A stretch of 64,000 nucleotides of DNA from Pirellulales bacterium (GTDB lineage: Bacteria > Planctomycetota > Planctomycetia > Pirellulales > JAICIG01), in NCBI GenBank assembly GCA_040901675.1, contig JBBDYJ010000010.1, forward strand, positions 234,599-298,598. Direction: 5' to 3'. The notes beneath the pieces were generated by a model, which worked only from the letters and a program-made list of their open reading frames with translations, did no database searches and was not told where the DNA came from. Numbering within the stretch: position 1 is the stretch's first letter; every line of letters begins with the position of its first letter. The translations under genes were made by a program, and so were the position numbers. Of the stretch, positions 56,428 to 64,000 are shown in pieces.

Positions 56428-58929
56428 ATGGACGTGGCCCGGTTTTTGGAACGGATTCGACATCTCCCCTGGTACGACGGCCAACTGAGGCACGTCGAGC
56501 AACTGCCCGAGCGGCCCGCGCGGTTCGCCGAGCCATCGCGGCCCCTTGCCCGGGCGTTGGCAGAGCTGCTGGCAAAGCGTGGCATCGAGGGGCTGTACTC
56601 GCACCAGGTCGCCTGCCTGGAACTGGCCCGCGGTGCAAGCGATTGGGTTGTCGTCAGCGGGACGGCCAGCGGCAAAACGCTCTGCTACAACCTGCCGATT
56701 CTCGAGGCCTGTCTCGACGATCCGCGGTCGCGGGCCCTGTATTTGTTTCCCACCAAGGCCCTGGCCCAGGACCAGTTCAAAGGACTGCTGGAGCTGCTGG
56801 CTCCCGCCGAGACGAAAGGTCGCGTAACGCCCGGGGTCTTCGACGGCGATACGCCGACCGCCCAGCGGCGGCGGATCCAGGCCGAAGCCAACCTCGTGCT
56901 GTCCAACCCGGACATGCTGCACGCCTCGATCCTGCCGTACCACCCCAAGTGGGCCCGTTTCTTCAGCGACTTGAAATTCGTGGTGCTCGACGAGGCCCAC
57001 ACCTACCGCGGCATCCTCGGCGCGCACGTGGCGGGCGTGCTGCGCCGGTTGTGGAGAGTTTGCGAGCATTACGGGTCGCGCCCCCTGGTGCTGGCGGCCA
57101 GCGCCACAATCGCCAACCCGCGGGAGCTGGTGTCGCGGCTGATCGGCCGAGACGTGACCCTGGTCGACGACGACGGCGCCCCGCGAGGCCGCAAGTTCTT
57201 TGCGCTCTGGAACCCTCAATGCCCGGGCAAAGACGGCCTGGCGCAGGCCAGCGCCTCGGACGATGCCACGCGGTTGTTGGTCGAGGCGCTCCAGGCCGGC
57301 GCGCAGGCGCTGGTGTTCACCCGCACGCGGCAGTCGGCCGAGCTGGTGCGGCGCTATGCTCAGCAGGAGCTGGCGGCCCGCCGCAGTCCGCTGGCCGGGC
57401 AGGTGCGGGCCTATCGGGGCGGTTATCTGCCGGACGAGCGGCGCGCGATCGAGGCCGGGCTGGCCGACGGCGGACTGCGAGGGGTGGCGGCCACGAACGC
57501 CCTGGAATTGGGGGTCGACATCGGCTCGCTCGACGTGGCCTTGCTGGCCGGCTATCCGGGCACGATCGCCAGCACCTGGCAGCAGGCAGGGCGGGCCGGC
57601 CGGCGGCAAAGCGACAGCCTGGCGGTCCTGCTGGCCGGCAACGATCCGGTCGACCATTACCTGCTCAGGCATCCCGGCTATTTCTTCGCGCAGTCGCCCG
57701 AGCACGCGGTCGTGGATCCCGGAAACCCGTATGTGCTCACGCGGCATTTGAAAGCGGCCGCCTTCGAGCTGCCTTTGGGCAGCGACGACATCGAGCGGTT
57801 CGGTCCGCTTACCCGTCCGATCGCCGAGCTGTTGCACGACAACGGCGAGTTGAACGAGGTGGCCGGCAAGTTTTATTTCGCCGGCGAACAGAACCCGGCC
57901 GTCCGAATCAGCCTGCGCCACATGAGCGACAACACGTTCAGCATCGTGCTAGCCCGCGACGCGCTCCAGCCGGGCACGCCGGCCGCTCCTGGGGCTGGCG
58001 GATCCAGCGGGCCGCGCGAGCACGAGGTGATCGCCAACGTCGATGCGATCAGCGCACCGGAATTGATCTACCCGCAGGCGGTATACCTGCACCACGGCGA
58101 GTCGTACCTGGTCCGCCAGCTCGATCTGGAGGGAAAAGTCGCCTACGTCGAACGGCGCGAGACCGACTACTACACGCAGGCCGTGCTGGAGAGCAGCGTG
58201 CGGATCAGCGGCGAGCGCAGCGGCCGCGATGCCGCCTGGGTCCGCTCGGCGTATGGCGAGGCCGACGTATCATGGCAAACCGTGGCTTTCAAGAAGATCA
58301 AGTTCGGCACGCGGGAGAACATCGGCCTGGGGCCGGTCGATATTCCAAGCCAGACCCTTTCGACGACGGCCTTCTGGCTGGTTCCCTCCGGCGGGCTGCG
58401 GATGCGGATGAAACAGGCTGGTTGGCGAGTCGGCGAAGGTCTGGCCGGACTGCGCAACCTGGCACTGGTGGCACTGCCGATGGTGGCCATGTGCGACAGC
58501 CGCGATCTGGGGGGCGTCGTCGACAGCAAAAACCTGGGCAGCTCGACGCTGATCCTCTACGACCGCTATCCGGGTGGGCTCGGTTACTGCGAACGAGGTT
58601 TTGAGCACCTGGACCGCTGGCTGCCGATCTGCCGTGAGATGGTGGCCGCCTGCGAGTGCCGCGACGGCTGCCCGAGCTGCGTCGGCCTGGCCAACCTGCG
58701 GCCGAGCATCCACATGGACCCGGATTTGAGCCGCGGCTATCCAATGCCCGACAAGGCGGCGACGCTGGGGCTGCTCGACTTGCTGCTGGCGCCCCTGCCG
58801 GCAGAAGGAGGAAGGTGGAAGGTGGAAGGTGGAAGGTGGAAGGAGAGGGAGGAACGGTCAGACGGCCTGGGAAGGCCGTCCTACGACGCTCCGACGCTCG
58901 GACGCAACGAGGAACCGCTCCACCAGTGA
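56428..58929 (+). CDS. DUF1998 DEAH-box helicase (MrfA/YprA/SftH-like)
   Basis: GTASGKT, PTKALAQDQ, DEAH, SAT, ATNALELGVD, QQAGRAGR, CECRDGCPSC. Confidence 0.93.
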   Translation: MDVARFLERIRHLPWYDGQLRHVEQLPERPARFAEPSRPLARALAELLAKRGIEGLYSHQVACLELARGASDWVVVSGTASGKTLCYNLPILEACLDDPRSRALYLFPTKALAQDQFKGLLELLAPAETKGRVTPGVFDGDTPTAQRRRIQAEANLVLSNPDMLHASILPYHPKWARFFSDLKFVVLDEAHTYRGILGAHVAGVLRRLWRVCEHYGSRPLVLAASATIANPRELVSRLIGRDVTLVDDDGAPRGRKFFALWNPQCPGKDGLAQASASDDATRLLVEALQAGAQALVFTRTRQSAELVRRYAQQELAARRSPLAGQVRAYRGGYLPDERRAIEAGLADGGLRGVAATNALELGVDIGSLDVALLAGYPGTIASTWQQAGRAGRRQSDSLAVLLAGNDPVDHYLLRHPGYFFAQSPEHAVVDPGNPYVLTRHLKAAAFELPLGSDDIERFGPLTRPIAELLHDNGELNEVAGKFYFAGEQNPAVRISLRHMSDNTFSIVLARDALQPGTPAAPGAGGSSGPREHEVIANVDAISAPELIYPQAVYLHHGESYLVRQLDLEGKVAYVERRETDYYTQAVLESSVRISGERSGRDAAWVRSAYGEADVSWQTVAFKKIKFGTRENIGLGPVDIPSQTLSTTAFWLVPSGGLRMRMKQAGWRVGEGLAGLRNLALVALPMVAMCDSRDLGGVVDSKNLGSSTLILYDRYPGGLGYCERGFEHLDRWLPICREMVAACECRDGCPSCVGLANLRPSIHMDPDLSRGYPMPDKAATLGLLDLLLAPLPAEGGRWKVEGGRWKEREERSDGLGRPSYDAPTLGRNEEPLHQ
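58803..58884. repeat. (GGAAGGT)n array and GTAG-type REP inside the helicase 3' end
   Basis: Reverse complement of 58861-58884 = GTAG-GACGGCC-TTCCCA-GGCCGTC. Confidence 0.75.
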
Positions 58930-58942
58930 GCTGACCGCAACT

Positions 58943-59890
58943 ATGCTCCATGAAGAAGTGCGTGCCCGGCTCGAGTTGCTGAACCGCCAGCGGCTGCCCG
59001 ACCACAACGGCGCGGCCGACAGCGGGCCGTGCGCACTGGACCGGCCCCATGCACCAGCGCTCTTGTCGCCCGCGGAATCGCAAGCTGGCGAAACGGACCT
59101 GTCGCTGTCGGCCCTGGCGCCGGGCCGCGTGGAATATGGTCCGGCCGGCTGCCACTGGCTGGTGCGGCACCGGGTGGCGGACCTTTGGCACGGTGCTGTT
59201 GCGATCGGTGGGCATAGTAGCAGGCACACTCCGTGTGCCGTCCGCCCCGATGATCCAATGCCGGGCGACTCGATTCATCCGGAGATTGCCGCCTTTGTCG
59301 GCGGCTTTCCGCGGGACGTGCTGTTTTTGGACCTCGAGACGTGCGGCTTTGCCGGCTCGCCGATTTTTTTAGCGGGCGTGGTGTACCAGGACGAGCGGGA
59401 GCTGGTGCTGGAGCAACTGCTGGCCCGCGACTACACGGAAGAGCGGGCCCTGCTGGCGGCGCTTGGGGAGCTAGCCCGCTCGCGGCCAGTCCTGGTCACG
59501 TTCAACGGCAAGAGCTTCGACTGGCCGATGGTCCGCGATCGCAGCGCCTACCACCGCCTCGGCGTCGGCGATGAAAGTTCGAACCGAAACGGCGATGGCC
59601 ACGGACCGTCCGTGTCGGGGCCTGCCGGGCCGGTGCATTGCGACTTGTTGCACCACGCCCGCCGGCGGTGGCGCCGCCGGCTGCCCAACTGCAAGCTGCA
59701 GACACTGGAACGATTTCTTTGCCGGCGGCTGCGGCGCGACGATATCTCCGGCAGCCGCATCGGCCAGGAATATCATTATTTCGTTCGAAGCGGCGACGCC
59801 CGTTCGATGCAAGTCATTCTGCACCATAACGCCCTCGACCTGATCACACTCGTCGAGCTCGCCATGCTCGTCAGCAAGTCAGCAGGATGA
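58943..59890 (+). CDS. YprB/MrfB-like RNase H-fold (DEDD) exonuclease
   Basis: FLDLETCG, TFNGKSFDWP, HCDLLH..RR.W, KLQTLE, HNALDL. Confidence 0.9.
   Translation: MLHEEVRARLELLNRQRLPDHNGAADSGPCALDRPHAPALLSPAESQAGETDLSLSALAPGRVEYGPAGCHWLVRHRVADLWHGAVAIGGHSSRHTPCAVRPDDPMPGDSIHPEIAAFVGGFPRDVLFLDLETCGFAGSPIFLAGVVYQDERELVLEQLLARDYTEERALLAALGELARSRPVLVTFNGKSFDWPMVRDRSAYHRLGVGDESSNRNGDGHGPSVSGPAGPVHCDLLHHARRRWRRRLPNCKLQTLERFLCRRLRRDDISGSRIGQEYHYFVRSGDARSMQVILHHNALDLITLVELAMLVSKSAG
59217..59242 (+). repeat. GTAG-type REP-like palindrome within the exonuclease CDS
   Basis: GTAG-CA-GGCACAC-TCC-GTGTGCC-GTC. Confidence 0.6.
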
Positions 59891-59895
59891 AAGAG

Positions 59896-60041
59896 AAGTC
59901 AGAGGGCAGAGGTCAGAGGTCAGAGGTTCCGCCAAAGGCGGACTTAACAGCACGGTTCCGCCTACGGCGGACTTGCAGCAGTGGCAACCCTGTTCGTCCG
60001 TCCGTCTCCCCTTGTCGCCCTGTCCCCTTGTCGCCTTGTCG
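59896..60041. repeat. Composite: (CAGAGGT)n, family-B-related hairpins, (CCCCTTGT)n
   Basis: ttccgccaaaggcggac matches the hairpin inside the AKR insertion; gcagcagtggca end. Confidence 0.75.
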
Positions 60042-60277
60042 TTCTTCCCACCCGGGTCCGGCCGTGCCGGCTGGAACGACCGCATCGGTTTGGCACGCCC
60101 GCCGGACGCGAAACAGTGGTCCTTGCTGTTCGCTTCCGGTGCTTTCGGCATGGTCCGAACGGCACTTACATTCGGCCCAGCTTGTCGCCCGGCCGGCAGG
60201 TTGGAGAACGCCCGGCCCCAAGTCGATAGTTGTGGTGTCCAGCCCCGGTCCCTCCACCAAGCGGTGCAGCCATAGCG

Positions 60278-61117
60278 ATGACGAAAGCACGACGCCGAGC
60301 GAGTTCCGCAGTCCAGTCGCCACTGGAAACCTACCTGCGGGAAATCAACGAAACATCGCTCCTCTCCGCCCACGACGAGCAGGACCTGGCCGTGGCCATC
60401 GGCCAGGGCGACAGCCAGGCCCGCGACCGCATGGTGCGGGCCAACCTGCGGCTCGTCGTCAACATCGCCCGCGGCTATACCGGCAAGGGGCTGGGCTTGC
60501 AGGACCTGATCGAGGAAGGCAACCTCGGCCTGTTGCGCGCCGTCGAAGGCTTCGATCCGGCGATGGGCACCCGCTTCAGCACCTACGCCAGTTACTGGAT
60601 CAAGCAGTCGATCAAGCGGGCCCTGATCAACACGGCCAAAACCATCCGGATTCCCGCCTACATGGTCGAGCTGTTGAGCAAATGGCGGCGGGCCAGCTCG
60701 CGGCTGGCCGAGGAGCTGGGCCGCACGCCCACCCCCGAGGAAGTGGCACGCGTGCTGGGATTGCCGCGCAAGAAGCTGCCCATCATCAAGAAGGCCATTC
60801 GCATCTACAACTCGACCCCGCAGACCGACCAGGCCGAAGCCGGCTGGTCGCTCGGCGAGATGATCATGGACGAACGGGTCAAGAGCCCCGAGGACGAGAT
60901 GGTCGAGGGAGACGACATGACGCACGTCATGCGGCTCTTGGAGACAATGGACCAGCGCGAGGCGACCATCCTGCGGATGCGGTTCGGCCTATCGGACAAC
61001 GAGCCGCGGACGCTCAAGGAAATCGGCGAGCAGCTCGGCCTGACCCGCGAGCGCGTGCGGCAGATCGAGACCGAGGCCTTGGGCAAGCTGGCCGAGAGCC
61101 TGCAAGGGCCAGGCTAA
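60278..61117 (+). CDS. Group 2/3-type sigma70 factor (RpoD/RpoS family, no region 1.1)
   Basis: YLREI, ANLRLVVNIA, DLIEEGNLGL, RFSTYASYWI, TRERVRQIE. Confidence 0.94.
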   Translation: MTKARRRASSAVQSPLETYLREINETSLLSAHDEQDLAVAIGQGDSQARDRMVRANLRLVVNIARGYTGKGLGLQDLIEEGNLGLLRAVEGFDPAMGTRFSTYASYWIKQSIKRALINTAKTIRIPAYMVELLSKWRRASSRLAEELGRTPTPEEVARVLGLPRKKLPIIKKAIRIYNSTPQTDQAEAGWSLGEMIMDERVKSPEDEMVEGDDMTHVMRLLETMDQREATILRMRFGLSDNEPRTLKEIGEQLGLTRERVRQIETEALGKLAESLQGPG

Positions 61118-61118
61118 G

Positions 61119-61232
61119 GCAGAGGTCGGAAGTCAGAGGTCAGAGGTCGGCACCGGGTGGCTGGGTTAGCGTGCCCCCCCAGCCTTCGTCCCACGCGTGC
61201 GGTCCCAAGTACCAAGTCCTGAGGACCAAGAT
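61119..61232. repeat. Heptamers flanking an internally deleted family A element (61155-61182)
   Basis: cagaggt units; gggtggctgggttagcgtgcccccccag; ccaagt units. Confidence 0.7.
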
Positions 61233-61244
61233 CTGCCTTTTGCC

Positions 61245-63026
61245 CTATTCTTTGCTGGATAGCGGGATCACGCCGTTCCAGTTGGGCGGCGGCGTCCGAT
61301 TGTGCTGGGCGATGAATACCATCAGAAAGTCCTTCACCCGGTCGCGGGCCGGCACCCGGTGCAACAGCTCGATCGCCTCCGACCAATCGCCGGCCAGAAA
61401 GGCGTCCAGGGCCGACTCGTAGCTCTTCAGGTGCTCGTCGGTAAGCTGTGGATAGGCCGCCTCGGGCGGCAACAGCTCGCTGATTTCGATTGCCGTATCG
61501 AACCCGTACGGCATGACCACCGCCAGGCGGCGGCAGCGGGCCAGGCGACTGGGCACTTGATCGCGCACCGCGCGGGCCGTCGCTTCGTCCAGCAGGATCG
61601 GCGTCCGCAGAATCTTGGTCATCCCTTCCAACCGGCTGGCACGGTTCACCACCGGCCCGAACACCGTCACCTTGACCTGGTCGACCGTGCCGATGCGGCC
61701 CGCCACCGCGCGGCCCGTGGCCAGGCCGATGCCCATGCGAAAATCGGCCAGCGGGTTGCCGGCCTGGCGAGCGGCCGCCTCGAATTCGACTCGGATCGCC
61801 AAAGCGGCCAGGCAGGCCCGCTGGATGGCGTCGGGCTGCAAAATGGGCCAGCCCCAGAAGCCCATGGCGGCATCTCCCTGGAAATCGCCGAACACGCCCC
61901 CCTGCTCCAGGATATGGTGGGTCATCACGCCCAGGGCCTTGCTGACGCGGTCGAGCAGCCCCAGCAGGTCGCCTGCGTGTCTTTCCGTCTCTTTGGAGAA
62001 GCCGCGCAGGTCGCAAAACAGGACCGACACGTCGGTCTCGCGCGGGGCCAGCACATAATCGGGATCCTCGGCCGTGATCGCCTCCAGCACGGCCGGCGAG
62101 AAAAAATTCCGCAAGGCCGCCTGCTTGCGCTGCATCGATTGGTTCTGGCGCAAGCTGGTCAGGGTGGCGGCCACCAGCTCGGTGAACTTGACGTCTTCGC
62201 GGAGGTCGTTGGGGTCGGCCGATGAGGGGGTAGCGGTTGCGTCGACGCCAAACCGGCCGGCCACGTACACGCCCCAGCCCCGGCAAGCCTCACCCAGCAC
62301 GGGCGTGCAAAACGCCCAGTCGATGTTCTCGCTGATGGTGAAACTGGGAGTGCCGGGATCGCGGCCGGCGCCCCAGACGTGCAGCACGCTCTGGTTGCGC
62401 TGGACCGCTTCGACGATCAGCCGCTGGCTGGGTTGAAACACTTCGCCGGTGGCGAGCCGGCGGTCCCAGTGCAGCATGCGGACCCGCGGCTGATCGCAAT
62501 CCTCGACGGCGACCAGGGCCACGGCGCTGGCCCGCGGGATGCCGGCCAGCAGCATGTTGACCAGGCGGATGAACAGCTCGGTGTCGTTCACCGCACCGGA
62601 GATCACGTCGGGCAGCCGGCTGAGCACTTCGATCCGCTGATCGGCGTTGCGGAAGCGAATGCGTTGCAGGTATTGCGCGCTGAACGTCTGCTCCTCCACC
62701 GGACGGGGCAGCTCCAACGAGAAGTTGACTTCGTCGGTCGCCAGCGTGAACGTGGTCTGGCCGATAACGAAGTGCTCTCCCGGCTTCACGGAGAAATGGT
62801 CGACTTCCTTGCCCTCCACGAAAATCGGGTTGCGGGCATCCGGCAGCCGCTCGACGTCGAGCTTCCCATCCATCCAGGCGGCCACCGCGTGCTGCCGCGA
62901 AATGTGACCGTCCCAGGGCGTGGCCCAGACACCCGATTCGCGTCCCAGCACGAATCGCTCGTCGTTGCGCAAACGACGTCGCCAGCGCTGCTGCGGTTCG
63001 GACCCTTGGGCGATCAACTCGGCCAC
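61245..63026 (-). CDS. FHA-GAF-class III nucleotide cyclase
   Basis: LGR...ISRQHA...N (FHA); FCDLRGFS, FQGDAAMGFW, GPVVNRASRLE; GGAG RBS with GTG start. Confidence 0.9.
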   Translation of the reverse strand: MAELIAQGSEPQQRWRRRLRNDERFVLGRESGVWATPWDGHISRQHAVAAWMDGKLDVERLPDARNPIFVEGKEVDHFSVKPGEHFVIGQTTFTLATDEVNFSLELPRPVEEQTFSAQYLQRIRFRNADQRIEVLSRLPDVISGAVNDTELFIRLVNMLLAGIPRASAVALVAVEDCDQPRVRMLHWDRRLATGEVFQPSQRLIVEAVQRNQSVLHVWGAGRDPGTPSFTISENIDWAFCTPVLGEACRGWGVYVAGRFGVDATATPSSADPNDLREDVKFTELVAATLTSLRQNQSMQRKQAALRNFFSPAVLEAITAEDPDYVLAPRETDVSVLFCDLRGFSKETERHAGDLLGLLDRVSKALGVMTHHILEQGGVFGDFQGDAAMGFWGWPILQPDAIQRACLAALAIRVEFEAAARQAGNPLADFRMGIGLATGRAVAGRIGTVDQVKVTVFGPVVNRASRLEGMTKILRTPILLDEATARAVRDQVPSRLARCRRLAVVMPYGFDTAIEISELLPPEAAYPQLTDEHLKSYESALDAFLAGDWSEAIELLHRVPARDRVKDFLMVFIAQHNRTPPPNWNGVIPLSSKE

Positions 63027-63102
63027 GTTCGGTTTACTCCACCGAGGTCGGAAGTCGGAGGTCAAAGGTCGGAGGTTGGAAGATACACGTTGCTTTTCGG
63101 CC

Positions 63103-63999
63103 TTACTGCAAACTGTCGTCATCGGCCGTGCGGGGACTGAAGTCGCCGGCGCCCGCCGTGGCACGCCGTGATTCGAGCGAGCTGCCGAGGCTGCCGCCAG
63201 AATCGGGGGCGCGTCCCAGGCCGATCTTCCGCCGCAGGCGCGCCACCAGCCGGATGCGGGGCGCTACGTCCAACACGATCATCACAAAGCCCCACAGCGC
63301 GGTGATTACCGCAATAATGGCCGCCAAGGCCCATAAGCCCAGACGCACCAGTCGGTATCCCAGTTCCTGGATCGGCTCCACGGCGGCCACATAGCGTTCC
63401 TGGACAATCACGGCCCAGCCGGTGTCGCCGACCGAGGCGGGTCGATCGTTCACGATGACCGGCCGAATGGCCGCCAGCCAGCGCCCCTGATACTTGTCGC
63501 CCACCGGATCGTGGTACTGGGCGAGCGAGGCCGTCTGGCTGCTCGCGCGCACCTGCTCGGAGGTGTTGGTTGCGGCGGCGCGGAGTTTCTCGATTTGTTC
63601 AACGTAAGCCGGCCCCAGACGTAAATCCGGCAAGTCACCGGTCTTCCGCCGCAGCAATTCGGCCAGGTGCGGATGCTCCAGGATGACTCCGGCACGGCCG
63701 GTCCAGTCCGGCTTGGAATCGACCAGCACCGAGAACTGGTCGGCCAGCGAACTGTCCTGCGGGCGCCATTCGGCAAATCGTCCCAGTTCGACCGAGTGGG
63801 TGATGACGCCGATGATCCGCCGATCGGGATCGGTCCGTTTTGCACTGAAGATGGGCACCGAGAACGAGACTTTGCGGTTTTCCGTGGTGTCGCTCTTGTA
63901 CACCGCCGACAAGTTCGGTTCGTGGATCGGCTCGATGCCTTGGCTCCCGCGGCGCAGGTTCTTGCCCAAGCCGTGAAAGTAGTCGCGGTGCGCGTAGTT
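63103..63999 (-). CDS. C-terminal part of a Cache-domain membrane sensor (5' end outside the window)
   Basis: NYAHRDYFHG, SAVY.S, FSVPI, WAVIVQE then a TM helix. Confidence 0.7.
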   Translation of the reverse strand, partial: NYAHRDYFHGLGKNLRRGSQGIEPIHEPNLSAVYKSDTTENRKVSFSVPIFSAKRTDPDRRIIGVITHSVELGRFAEWRPQDSSLADQFSVLVDSKPDWTGRAGVILEHPHLAELLRRKTGDLPDLRLGPAYVEQIEKLRAAATNTSEQVRASSQTASLAQYHDPVGDKYQGRWLAAIRPVIVNDRPASVGDTGWAVIVQERYVAAVEPIQELGYRLVRLGLWALAAIIAVITALWGFVMIVLDVAPRIRLVARLRRKIGLGRAPDSGGSLGSSLESRRATAGAGDFSPRTADDDSLQ

Positions 64000-64000
64000 C

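Noticed and set aside
56428..58929. DISARM/Druantia defence system
   Set aside because: No methylase, SNF2, PLD or other partner genes; the helicase and DUF1998 are fused and paired with a YprB-like gene
61245..63026. Pycsar anti-phage cyclase
   Set aside because: The FHA-GAF architecture and lack of an adjacent cNMP-binding TIR/TM effector indicate signalling

Overview
High-GC chromosomal segment, almost certainly from a Planctomycetota (Pirellulales-like) bacterium. This is inferred from PVC-type heme-binding proteins, a TIGR03009-like LolA-fold protein, an nfeD-nfeD-floA operon, DUF1573 and PQQ-propeller proteins and 'RWFQFGLRTLL' membrane anchors. There are about 50 genes: metabolic enzymes, Ser/Thr kinase and cyclase signalling, ECF and sigma70 factors, an MrfA/MrfB-like helicase-exonuclease pair, and a MEMO-cobL-bshB1 cluster. 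I found no rRNA, tRNA or CRISPR array. The most striking layer is a small-scale mobilome: (1) a solo IS200-like HUH/Y1 tnpA between ~110-bp inverted arms whose GAA-triloop hairpins co-vary; (2) a transposase-less cluster with the same architecture; (3) several families of dispersed REP-like palindromes, three copies of which sit in-frame inside apparently intact genes; (4) about 15 heptamer/octamer tandem arrays, some supplying protein termini or a start codon; (5) scattered toxin-antitoxin debris (orphan HigA, truncated DarT, RhuM fragment, DUF5678-like ORF, intact VapBC-type pair). Other candidates are an unannotated 29-aa basic peptide resembling bS22/mS38-type ribosomal proteins, a promoter-to-double-terminator sRNA candidate, a possibly sigma54-driven DUF1573 + (YSPVTS)n secreted repeat operon, and a class III cyclase with Asp at the adenine-specifying Lys. 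All family calls come from motif recognition by eye; no database searches were run.
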